Assembly: GCA_964016885.1 (NCBI GenBank)
Contig: CAXHJY010001477.1
Location: forward strand, 496,001-560,000
Direction: 5' to 3'
Length of the DNA stretch: 64,000 nt
From: Eledone cirrhosa
Taxonomy: Eukaryota
This document shows, piece after piece, positions 28,410 through 40,375 of the stretch (positions within the stretch are counted from its first letter, which is position 1; each line of letters starts with the position of its first letter). The translations under genes were made by a program, and so were the position numbers. The notes beneath the pieces are model-generated. The model saw only the letters and a list, made by a program, of their open reading frames with translations, had not been told where the DNA came from and did not search any database.

Positions 28410-31400
28410 GAGGACGAAAATGCGAGCATGCCTCTTTGTTTCGGCCGCGGATGGCTAACATAACCCCATCTCCCCCCGCTCCCCACCTTTCCAACCCCCC
28501 AAACGCAATCCAAAACTTCAGATTTGGTACCTTGAATGTAGGCACCTTAAAGGGTCGCTCTAACGAGGTTGTAGAAATGCTTGTACGTAAAGAGGTCGAT
28601 GTTTGTTGTATTCAAGAGACCAGGTGGAGGGGTGGATCTGCTAGATACATTGTGGGTAGAAAACGATGCTATAAGCTTTTCTGGGTGGGAAACGACAATG
28701 GGCTGGGTGGAGTAGGAATCATGGTAGCAGAAAAGTGGGCAGATAAGATAATAGACGTAAATAGAGTGAACGACAGAATAATTAAAATAAGACTTGTCCT
28801 CAATAGAACTACGGTGATAGTAATATCCGCGTACGCACCCCAATCCGGACTGCCCAGCACTATAAAAGACAGATTCTATGAGACACTGATGCTCACTACC
28901 TCCCAAATAACCGACAGTGACTATATAATTATTGCAGGCGACCTAAACGGTCACGTTGGACAACATTGTGACGGCTACGACGAAATCCATGGAGGCTATG
29001 GGTTTGGTACTAGAAATGAGGAAGGCTCCAGAATCCTGGAATTCTGCGACACAAATAACCTAACTATCTGCAACACTAACTTCAAAAAACGAGACAATCA
29101 CTTGATCACCTACAGATCAGGGGAACATACTAGCCAGGTAGATTATATCCTTACCAGAAGACGTGACAAAGTGACTGTCGTAAACACTAAATCCCTCCCC
29201 CATGAAGAATGCACTTCCCAACATAGACTGATAATTAGCGACCTAATAGTCAGGACGAGACGTACTAGACAACAGAAGAGGACTATCCTCAGAGAAAAAT
29301 ATGGAAGCTAAAGGACCCCACAGCCAAAAATAAATTCCAAAGCATATTACTTGATGCTTTCGACAGTGAGGAAGAGCAATTAGAGACGTACAAGGTAGAG
29401 GAAAAGTGGGAATTCCTGAAAGCAAACCTGCTGACGGCGCCAGACGAAGTCTGTGGCTGGAGCAGGCCTGTAGGCAGGAGGAGAGTAACATGGTGGTGGA
29501 ACAGTAAGGTGGAGGGGTCAATTAAGGCCAAAAAGCAGGCTTGGAAAGTAAGGCGGGATGGGGGAAGCAGAGAAGACTATCAAGTGGCCAGGAGGGAAGC
29601 TAGGAGACAAGTGTACTTCGCAAGAAGGGAAGCAGAGGAAAGAAAGTTCAAGCATGTTCTACAACGTGAGGACCAAAAACGTGAGGTGTTCAGGATTGCT
29701 AGGCAATGTGTCAAGGAAAACAGTGATATTGTTGGGGAGAAGTGTGTACTTAACGATGACGGCATACTTGCCATCACCGACGCCGATAAGAAGGTAGCTT
29801 GGAAGTGTCACTATGAAAGGCTACTAAATGAGGAGAATAAATGGGAGAAAGACAGTCTCCCCCACATCGACCCAATAGAGGGACCAGCAGTGTTAGTCGA
29901 GGGTAGTATAATAAGTAAGGCAATCAAAGATATGAAGACAGGCAAGGCGGCTGGGCCTTCGGAAATAGTTGCCGAGATGCTGAAGGCATCTGGTACGGTG
30001 GGACACACCATGGTCACCCGGATAGTCAACCAAGTCATACAGAATGGGGTTGTTCCGAAGGACTGGCGCAGCAGCATTATCGTTAACTGTTATAAGGGTA
30101 AAGGAGATGCCCTAGATAGGAGTAACTATAGAGGCATTAAATTAATCGACCAGGTCATGAAAGTCACTGAAAAAGTTATAGCGCAACTAATCAGAGAGCG
30201 AATTGATCTAGATGAAATGCAGTTCGGGTTTGTGTCAGGAAAAAGTACCACAGACGCTCTTTTCATTGTACGACAACTACAGGAGAAGTACCTAGCTAAA
30301 AGTAAACCCCTATACTTAGCTTTCGTCGACTTGGAGAAGGCCTTCGACAGAGTCCCCCGTTCCATTATCTGGTGGGCTCTTAGAAAACTAGGTGTTGATG
30401 AATGGCTTGTGAGAGCTATACAAGCCATGTATAGCCATGTATAAAGAAACAGTCAGCAAGGTTAGAATTAACAACGAATATAGTGAAGAGTTTAGTGTAA
30501 AAGTTGGTGTTCATCAGGGCTCTGTTCTTAGCCCCTACTATTTATTATTGCCCTCCAGGCTATAACAGTGGAGTTCAAGACCGGCTGCCCATGGGAACTC
30601 CTATACGCAGATTATCTAACACTCATAGCTGAATCAATGGCCGAGCTAGAGAAGAAATTCCAAACATGGAAGCACGGCCTAGAATCAAAAGGCCTTAAAA
30701 TTAACCTGGCTAAGACTAAAGTTCTAGTTTGTAAGAAAGAAAATAAGGCGGCGGTCCCCTCCGGGAAGTGGCCATGCGCAGAGTGTAGGAAAGGCGTAGG
30801 TAGAAATTCCATTTTGTGTCCCAAATGCAAAGTTTGGGTGCATAAAAGATGTAGTGGGATCACAGGTAAGCTAACTAAGAACATAGATTTTACATGTGGC
30901 CGGTGTTCTGGGGAAATAAGTAGCAGCAAGTGCCCACAAAATACTAGCTCTTTCAACTGCGCAGAGGGTTCTATAGAACTAGTGGACAGCTTCCGTTACC
31001 TGGGTGACAAAATCAGCAGTGGGGGAGGGTGCTCTGAAAGTACAGTAGCTAGAGTCAGAACTGGGTGGAAAAAGTTCAGAAAGCTTATACCACTGTTAGC
31101 CGCTAAAGGGTTCTCCCTAAAAATGAAAGGCAGGCTGTACGATGCCTGCATACGAACAGCAATGTTGCATGGCAGTGAGACCTGGGCATTGTGTGCAGAG
31201 GATATACGCAGACTAGAGAGAAACGAAGCTTGCATGCTCCGCTGGATGTGTAATAGTAATATACGTGAACGACAAAGCATAAACGAACTAAGGAAAAAAT
31301 TAGAAATAAGAGGGATCAGATGTTGTTTACTAGAGAGAAGGCTACGTTGGTATGGTCACGTGATGCGCATGAAGGACGATAGCTGTATAACAAAGTGCAG

Positions 31401-31960
31401 AGCAATAAAGATAGACGGTAGCCACAGAATAGGCAGACCCAGAAAAACCTGGGACGAGCTGATAAACTCCGACCTCACACACTTACACCTCACCAAGACA
31501 ATGTCACTGGACCGAGACCTTTGGCGGTACTCAGTAATAGAGAAGACCCGCCTTACCTAAATACAAAGTAAAACCTACTACAGTCAGTAGGCATCTCTAA
31601 CAAAATACACCCCCATCCCACCATCCCCACCCCATCCACACCGCCCCCTTCTATGTAAAGTTATGTTGGTGCCACACCATCCAGGCCGAAACAAATGAGA
31701 TCGTGTAGGTGTCACGACAAAAAAACACACAGTCCACGCTGTAATGTGGCCGTGTAGGCAACACGGTAAAAACCTCCCAGACCCACACTGTAAATGTGGT
31801 TGGTGTTAGGAAGGGCATCCAACTGTAGAAAACCTGCCAGACAGTCCTATGCGAGCAAGACAATCACTCTTGCCTCAAGTGGGAATACCCCCGTCCAAAC
31901 CCATGCAAGCGTGGAACACGGACGTTAAACGTTGATGATGATGATGATGATGATGATGAT
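28410..31960 (+). mobile_element. Full-length but inactivated RTE-clade LINE (APE endonuclease, RT, PHD finger), subfamily A copy 1
   Basis: ATG at 28451. APE motifs TLNVGTL, IQETRW, SAYAPQ, AGDLNGHVG, QVDYIL and SQHRL. RT motifs YRGIKL, QFGF, FVDLEKAFDRV and QGSVLSP. Lesions: frameshift at ~29293, a 10-bp duplication (agccatgtat x2, 30423-30442), and YADD changed to YADY. Stop at 31560, (GAT)n tail. Confidence 0.96.
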
Positions 31961-32111
31961 ATATATATATACACACACACACATATATATATATTATATA
32001 TAATAATGAAATTATTGTGTAAAGTGCTCAGGTGCACTACAACTCGTCAAAGGTGTATGTATAGTACATAGAATAATACACAAATGTCAGGGAAGTACAT
32101 GTGTGTATGTG

Positions 32112-34860
32112 TTAGCTGTAGTGTTGGCGGATCTCGGGAAGCATGGAGGCCTTAAAGGATGCAGTGTCTCGACAGCTAACAACTGATGCAGGTAGTTTGT
32201 TCCATGCTTCAGCAACTCTGAGCGTGAAAAAATGTTTCCGAAAGTCATGGGAACTGTGCTGTTTTCTGACTTTGTGGGCATGTCCACGTGTGTTAGGCAC
32301 ATGGAAATCAAAAAGGTACTCAGGGTTGTTGTTGGCAAGATGGTTAACAATTTTGTGGGTGTTTACCAAGTCGGAGCTTCAATGCATCCTTGCCCAGGGA
32401 AGCATGGCGTTCAGAGTATGGTAGATGCCTGATGGAGGGTATTCGCTTGGTTGCACGTCTCTGAACAGTTTCCAGGCGGTCAATGTTCTGAGCAAGATAG
32501 GGGTTCCAGACTGGTGATGCAAATTCTAAGTGTGGCCGCACCATAGCCATGTACAGCCTTAAATAGATAGCTGGGGAGCGGCTGACAAAGGTCTTGCTGA
32601 GTGATGCTAAGACACCCTCGGCCCTCTTGACAATTTTAGAGACGTGCTTCGTCCAACGCAAATCGCTGCTGACCGTAATGCCCAGGTCACGTTCACAGGA
32701 AGACTTCTTGATATTAGTGCTGTGGAGGGAGTATGTGGACGCTGGGTTTTTACTCCCAAAATGCATGGTGGTGCACTTGTCCACAGCTAGCTTGAGTTGC
32801 CAGTCTGAGATCCATTGTTGCATTGTGTTCAGGTCAGACTGCAAGCAAGATCTATAGTGTTCAGGATCTGTCCTTTTTATCTCAAGGTACAGCTTGATGT
32901 CGTCTGCGTATTTTAGTACTGTGGCATTCCTTAAGTTGGTATCTATGTCATTAATATATGCCACAAACAAAAGGGGGCCAAGAACAGATCCCTGTGGTAC
33001 ACCAGATGACATCTCATATGGTGAGGAATGCTGTCCCAGAACCGTGACTACCTCTCTTCGACTGAGAATGAAGGACTTCAACCAGTTAAAAAGATCATCC
33101 TTCACATCCATTGCAGAGAGTTTTGCCATAAGCCTTTTGTGTGGCACAAAATTGAAGGCCTTCGCAAAGTCAAGGTAAACAACCTCCACCTATGAGCCGC
33201 CATCAGTGATCCGGGTGATGTCCTCAAGAAACTCTATAAGTTGATCACAGCAGCTGGAGTTGGGGATAAATCCAAATTGCGAGGGCCGGATAAGACTGTG
33301 AGAGCTCCAGAAGTTCCAAAGTGTTTCTCTGACACAGGATTCCATCAGTTTGGCGATGCAACTAGTAAGACTGACTGGACGATAGTTCACAGGTGATGTG
33401 CGGTCACCCTTTTTGAACAGAGGAATGACACTGGCAGTTTTCCACTGTTCTGGAGTAGCACTGTTGTTCAGACAGAATTGGAAGAAGCGTGATAACTGGT
33501 GTAGAAGGAAGTACCCACCACGTTTAAGAAGCAGGTACGTAACACCATCAAGACCAGGAGAGGCATGGTTGCATTTATTTTTTAGGTGACGTCGTAGCAT
33601 TGCAGGTGTAAATTCCACGGTTATAATAGAGTCCGGTGTCATAGGTGGTGGAGATGGTACACTCTGGTCTTCAATAGTGAAAATGCCTGCATAACATTCA
33701 GCAATGAGCTCTGCGCATTCCTTGGGGTCGTCAGTAACCTGGCTTGTGTGGGGATTGCGAAGAGGACCAACTGGAGAGTGAGGCCTCTGCTTTGAGTGAA
33801 CATACTTCCAGAACACCTTACTGTCAGGGCTGGTTGCTATGCACTGCTCAAATTGAAGCACTGCCTTTTTTGTCACCTGTTTGAGGTGGTTGGATGATCT
33901 ATTTCGCCTCTTCCTATTAATGTCTGATTTGTGAAGTTTGTACTCACGTTCAGCATTGCGACATTCTTTTCTGGCAAGACGGACTGCTGCAGTCTCCCAA
34001 ATTGCGCTTTTGGGATGTTTTTTCCGCTTACGTGGCACCGATGCTGCACATGCTGTCCATATTGAGCTCAGGATGTTCTGGAGTACAGTGTTGACATCTC
34101 TAGAGTCGTAAAACTCAAGCCTGTTTGGCCGTTGCAACTCGGTGCAGTAACAGTTCCAGTCTGCTTTATTCCAGTCAAAGTGAGCAGTTTGGAGATGGTT
34201 GTGGTTCTTGTTACTGCCCATGAGGGATAGATTGGCAATGATCATAGCATGATCAGAGTCATCTAAAGGTTCCTTAGCAGTAACACTAATGACCGTTTCA
34301 GGAGTAGTGGTGAAGAGTAGGTCCAAAGTGTTGTCACTTCTCGTTGGGGAGGTGACCACCTGGGACCAACTCGAGTCCAGCACTAGCTCAAGGAAGTCAT
34401 TTGCACTTGGCGGCCAACGAAAGGTTTCCCAGTCACTCTCAGGGTGATTGAAGTCACCTGCAATGAAAACATAAGTGGCTGTCTTCCTGGCAGCAGCTCT
34501 GAGGATATCACAAAGTTGAGTGTCCTGATGGTAATTTGGGGGACGGTAAACGACTCCAAGTAGCAGTGTTGACATGGTCATACGTATATCGCAGAAAAAA
34601 ACTTCCTGCTGTGATTGGTTCAAATCAACACAAGGAATTGCCGACAGATTTGACGGAACGTAGACCATTACACCACCACCACAACGATTAATGCGGTCTT
34701 TACGAAACAGGTTGTAGCCTGTCATGCTGAAAACCCCATCACAGAGTAAGGGATGTGCCCAAGTTTCTGTGACTGTAATGAAGTCAGAGTTGATACTTTT
34801 GACGTAGGAGTCAAAAAGATGAATCTTATTGCATAGACTACGTGCATTCAAGGACAACAA
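32112..34860 (-). pseudogene. CR1 ORF2 (APE endonuclease + reverse transcriptase), disrupted
   Basis: Motifs SLNARSL, VTETW, GGGV, VYRPP, AGDFNHP, LDLLF, SDH, NYRPVSLTS, QFGF, YLDFAKAF, GVPQGSVLGP and YADD. In-frame TAG at 33190-33192 and a deletion frameshift near 32370. Confidence 0.93.
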
Positions 34861-34916
34861 TTTGTACCTTGATTCCAGTCTATGATTATGTGCAGGGGAT
34901 GGCAGGTTGTTCTGAT

Positions 34917-36112
34917 TTAGTTTCCCAGAGTTTTTTCAGTTTCTTTATTGTCAGTTGTTGTGGGTACAGTGTTTTCAGACCAGCTGGTGTCTCTTTTCCA
35001 TGATTCGCCAGCCTTAACAAACTTCCATATCTGCCCATCATCTCGTAGGCTGAAGCTTTCATGTTCTGCCGAGCTGCGGTTTAAAGAAGCTGCAGCACGC
35101 AACTTTGGGCGGACATCAGGTGGAAGACCAGGGAGTGTTCGGAAAGCAATCTGACTTTCCCGCCTAGCTTTATCAGAGGCTACAAGGTATGAACGTGCCT
35201 CAGCTGAGTTTGAAAACGACAGTCTAATTAGCCTGGGTTTCGGGTCTGGTCGGCCAAGGCGTAGAGCACCCTTTGCGGGAGCACAGCCCAAGTCTTTGGA
35301 TGAACTGGCAGCAAATGCCTGAAGATCAACTATGTCTTCCGGCACACCAATGGCAATCACTTCATGGTTTGCAGATTCAGTGGCATTCTCAATGCGTCTA
35401 GGTTCAACATGAGGTATGCAGAGATTTTTTAACAAGACACTCCGGTAAGATCCCTCATTGTGGGGTTCTACATGAACGCTTGATTATATTTCCGCTATTT
35501 CTTGGCTTAAAGCGGAAATCATTTGCCGTATTTCCTCAAATTCCGTATTGACGGTCGGTTTTTGTTGTTGTTCTTCTCCTTCAACAGGCATGGTAGAAGA
35601 CACAGTCGTTGGTTGTTGTTGTTGAAAAGTAACGGGTGAGGAAGACATGGGTTGCTGTTGTTGATGAAGTCCTTCAACGGGGGTAGTAGCAGAAGCTACG
35701 GTCGTTGGTTTTTGCTGTTGTTCAGGAACAATGGTAGAGGAAGACACTATCCTCGGTTTTTGTTGTTGTTGTTCGGGAACAATGGTAGAAGACACGATCT
35801 TCGGTCTTTGTTGTTGTTGTTGTTCCGCAGCAATGGGAGAAGCAGACATACAGTCCAGAGTCTCTCCATCGTAGCAATATGATGTTTCTTGTTTTGGCCT
35901 GGGATCTTCCGGAAGCCTGTGGCGCATTGAAGGCAGACAGAGATGTGACAGGTTCCACATTCGACCCAACGATTACGGAACGAGTTTTCGGGTTCCAAAC
36001 AGATATGGCAGATGTGATCTTCTGGGCAATGTTCTATTTTGGAACATCGACCAGTTTTGTCGCATACTTCATCGATGGATATCACCATGGCAATTTTGTT
36101 ATTTCTACCCAT
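34917..36112 (-). pseudogene. CR1 ORF1: N-terminal PHD-like Cys cluster, polyQ repeat region, coiled coil, C-terminal domain; frameshifted
   Basis: CHIC...ECGTC...CLQC in 35747-36139. EQQQQ-KP-x-VSST repeats and EFEEIRQMISALSQEIAEI in 35484-35969. VIAIGVPE...RLGRPDPKPRLIRLSF in 34917-35435 resembles the ORF1 RRM/CTD-type region of CR1/L2 elements. Confidence 0.75.
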
Positions 36113-36414
36113 CCGTAGAAAAACACAGAATGTAAACAATATAGGTTTAGTGCACTTGATTATGATAGAAATAAAATGTCTGTTTTTTTGTTTTGTTTTT
36201 TTGTGTATTTTGTTTCCGTTTTCCTAAATGTTGTGTGTGTGTACAGAAGAGTCTGTGCATGTAAACAAATAAATATGCTGCGTAAGTTAAATGAAACGTA
36301 CTGTAGAAGGCAATTGTTTATTAACAGCGAAATAACGTTTTTTTTTCCTGATACAGCTTCTTTATAATAAACTTTCAATAATACTTTTTTCAAATTATTA
36401 ACTTTCAGCTGCTA

Positions 36415-36455
36415 GTATATATATATAATTAAAAGGTATATATACATATGTATAC

Positions 36456-36497
<42 letters not shown>

Positions 36498-36512
36498 TAT
36501 ACATATGTATAC

Positions 36513-36608
<96 letters not shown>
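36415..36608. repeat. Compound (TA)n then (GA)n microsatellite
   Basis: Directly visible. Confidence 0.95.
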
Positions 36609-36611
<3 letters not shown>

Positions 36612-36842
36612 AACATAAATTTAAATAATTTTGAAAACCAAACAATACGTTAGAAAGAACATTAAATTGCCAAGATAACAAATGAATCATACCTTACAAA
36701 TTTAATGAACCTAAATATTTTCAGGTTTAAAAACCCATTATCAAGAGAGTATCCCTATGAGAGACTTAAAAATCAATTGGATAGAATTGTTTGTTTGGGA
36801 GCAGATTTAAGTTAAATGAAATGAAAAGACGTTAAAATTTTG

Positions 36843-39800
36843 AATGCTGCCGGACGAGAATGCAAGTTCTCTTTATTTCAGATACGGATGGCCAACATAA
36901 TTCCGCCCCCCACACCCCTCCTTGTGCTCCCAACCCATCCCTTCCCTCCACCCAATGAAATCCAAAACTTCAGAGTTGGTACCATGAATGTAGCCACTTT
37001 AAAAGGTCACTCTAATGAGGTTGTAAAGATGCTTGAACGTAAGGAGGTCGATGTTTGTTGTATTCAAGAGCCTAGGTGGAGGGGTGGGTCTGCTAGATTC
37101 ATTGTGGGTAAAAAACGATGCTATAAACTGTTCTGGGCGGGAAATGACAATGGGCTGGGTGGAGTAGGAATTATGTTAGCAGAGAAATGGGTAGATAAGA
37201 TAATTGACGTAAATAGAGTGAATGACAGAATAAATAAAATATGACTAGTCCTAAATAGAACTACTGTGACAATAATATCCGCTTATGCACCCCAATCTGG
37301 CCTACCTGAAGTTATAAAAGACAGGTTCTATGAGATGCTAATGCACACTACCTCCCAAATAACCAACAGTGACTACATAATTATTGCTGGTGACCTAAAT
37401 GGTCATGTTGGACAATGTTGTGATGGCTATGACGGAATCCATGGAGGCTATGGGTTTCGTACTAGAAATGAGGAAGGTTTCAGGATCCTGGAATTCTGTG
37501 ATGCTAATAACCTAACTATCTGTAACACAAACTTCAAACAACGAGACAATCACTTGATCACCTGTAGATCAGGGGAACATGCCAGCCAGATAGATTATAT
37601 CCTTACCAGAAGACGTGACAGAGTGTCTGTTGTAAACACTAAGTCCCTTCCCCGTAAAGACTGCACCTCCCAACATAGCCTAGTAGTTAGTGACCTCATA
37701 GTCAGGAATAGACGTACTCAACGACAGAGGAGGACTACCCTAAGGAGAAGAATATGGAAGTTGAAGGACCCCACAGCCAGTAACAAATTTAAAAGCATAT
37801 TACTTGATGCTTTTAACAGTAAAGGAAGAGCAATTAGAGACGAACAATATAGAGGAACTTTGGGAATTCCTGAAAGTTAACCTGCTGAAGACGACAGATG
37901 AAATCTGTGGCTGGAGCTGACCTATTGGCAGGAGTAGAGTAACGTGGTGGGGGAATAGTAAAGTGGAGTCAATCAAGGCCAAAAAGCAGGCTTTGAAAGT
38001 ATGGCAGGAAGGGGGAAGTAGAGAACACTATCAAGCCGCCAGGAGAGAAGCTAGGAGACAAGTGTACCTTGCAAAAAGGGAAGCAGATGATAGAAAGTTC
38101 AAGCATGTTCTACAACGTGAGGTGTTCAGGATTGCAAGACAATGTGTCAAGGAAAACCGTGATATTGTCAGGGAGAAGTGTGTCCGTAATGATAACGGTG
38201 TACTTGCCCTCACTGATACTGATAAGAAGGTAGCTTGGAAGTGTCACTACAAGAGACTATTAAATGGGCAGAATAAATGGGAAAAAGATAGTCTGCCCCA
38301 AATCGATCCAATAGAGGGACCAGCAGTGCAAGTTAAAGATAGTATAATAAGTAAGGCAATCAAAGATGTAAAGATAGGCAAGGCAGCTGGGCCTTCGGAG
38401 ATAATTGCTGAGATGTTGAAAGCATCTGGAATGGTGGGACATACTATGGTCACCCGGATAGTAAACCAAGTAATACAGAATGGGGTCATACCAAATGACT
38501 GGCATAGCAGCATCATCATTAATTGCTACAAGAGTAAAGGAGATGCTCTAGATAGGGGAAACTATAGAGGCATTAACTTAGTTGATCAGGTCATGAAGGT
38601 CACAGAAAGAGTTATAGCACAACTAATCAGCGATCGAATTGATCTAGATGAAATGCAGTTTGAGTTTGTGTCAGGTAAAAGTACCACAGACGCTCTTTTC
38701 ATTGTACAACAACTACAGGAGAAGTATGTAGCTAAAAGTAAACCCCGCTACTTAGCTTTTGTAGACTTGGAGAAAGCCTTTGACAGAGTCCCCCACTCCA
38801 TTATCTGGTGGGCCCTTAGAAAACTAGGTGTAGATGAATGGCTTGTGAGAACTATACAAACCATGTATAAGAAACAGTCAGCAAGGTTAGAATTATGGGT
38901 ACATAAAAGATGTAGTGGGGTCACAGGTAAGCTATCTAAGAACGTAGATTTTATATGTGGCCAATCCTCAGGTGCAATAAATAGCAAGTGCCCACAGGAT
39001 ACTAGCTCCTTCTATTGCGCAGAAGGTTCTATAGAAATAGTGGACACTTTCCATTACCTGGGTGGCAAAATCAGCAGTGGGGGAGGGTGCTCTGAAAGTA
39101 CAGTAGCTAGGGTCAGAACTGGATGGAAAAAGTTCAGAGAGCTTATACCACTATTAGCCACTAAAGGGTTCTCCCTAAAAATGAAAGGCAGGCTGTATGA
39201 TGCCTGCATACGAACAGCAATGTTGCATGGCAGTGAGACCTGGGCATTGTGTGCAGAGGATATACGCAGACTGGAGAGGAACGAAGCTTGCATGCTCCAC
39301 TGGATGTGTAATAGTAATATACGTGAACGGCAAAGCATAAACAAACTAAGGGAGAAATTAGAAATAAGAGGGATCAGATGTTGTTTACTAGAGAGAAGAC
39401 TACGTTGGTATGGTCACATGATGCGCATGAAAGACGACAGCTGTATAGCAAAGTGCAGGGCAATAAAGATAGATGGTAGCCACGGAATAGGCAGGCCCAG
39501 AAAAACCTGGGACGACTTGATAAATTCCGACCTCACACACCTACACCTCTCCAAGACAATGTCACTGGACCGAGACCTTTGGCGCTACGCAGTAATACAG
39601 AAGACCCACCTTGCTTATGTACAAAGCGAAACCTAGTCAGTAGGCACCTCTTAACCAAATATACACCCAAACCCACTACCCCTCCACCACCCTCCCACCA
39701 ACACCACTCTTTCTCTGTAAAGTTATGTTGGTACCACAACATCCAGTCCAAACAAATGAGGTTGTGTAGGTGTCACAACGAAAAAAACACACAGTCCACG

Positions 39801-40012
39801 CTGTAATGTGGCCGTGTAGGTAACATGGTAAAAACCTCCCAGTCCACTGTAAACGTGGTTGGTGTTAGGAAGGGCATCCAGCCATAGAAAACCTGCCAGA
39901 TAGTCCTATACGAGCGAGACTCGATCACCCGACCAACTTTGCCTTAAGTGGGACAATTCCCGTCTAACCCATGCTAGCGTGGAAGATGGACGTTAAACGA
40001 TGATGATGATGA
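36843..40012 (+). mobile_element. RTE LINE subfamily A copy 2 with an internal deletion of the RT catalytic core
   Basis: APE and RT fragments in ORFs 36840-37244, 37266-37880 and 37963-39636. The junction gttagaatta|tgggtacataaa (~38895) removes about 365 bp relative to copy 1, including QGSVLSP, YADD and the first half of the PHD. (GAT)n tail. Confidence 0.95.
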
Positions 40013-40288
40013 TATATATATATATCATATATATCATACTTACAATGCATATCATACATTATGCAGTATATATATTATACATACTCGTAGATATGCCACA
40101 AGTTTTGTACTATAACTACCTGAAACTTATCTGCCAAACCTTGTACTCACCAACACATATACACATGTGACTTACCTGCTATTGATGCTTATCTATCACT
40201 ACACCATATCTACTGCTGCCACTTATATATGAGTACTGACATAATTATATCTTTGAAAATATCTTTGATGAAATAATTCTCATTTTAC

Positions 40289-40375
40289 CTTTCTGATATC
40301 AACTTTTTCAGCAGGGGAGTCAGGTTGAATGCTGTCAATCATCACAACTTCTTCTTCGTGCTCAGTTAAAACTAC
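40289..40375 (-). CDS. PDZD8: PDZD8 internal exon (87 nt, phase 0-0), PDZ domain part
   Basis: tctttttag|GTAGTT...AGAAAG|gtaaaa; VVLTEHEEEVVMIDSIQPDSPAEKVDIRK contains the PDZ-type I-x-P-x-SPA motif. Confidence 0.88.

Larger units (their letters stand above)
32001..36230 (-). mobile_element. Near full-length CR1-clade LINE with ORF1 and ORF2 (decayed); 5' boundary uncertain (36150-36410)
   Basis: ORF2 APE+RT over ~34860-32112 and ORF1 over ~36112-34917. Its 3' end matches the CR1 fragments at 25126-26280 and 48754-49095. Confidence 0.92.

Noticed and set aside
36693-36754. Candidate next PDZD8 exon (ag|GGATAC...GTAAG|gtatg; GYSLDNGFLNLKIFRFIKFV)
   Set aside because: The splice signals are plausible and the phase fits, but the peptide does not match the expected PDZ continuation (GD-x-L/I-x-x-I/V-x-G). 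It is not called without RNA evidence.
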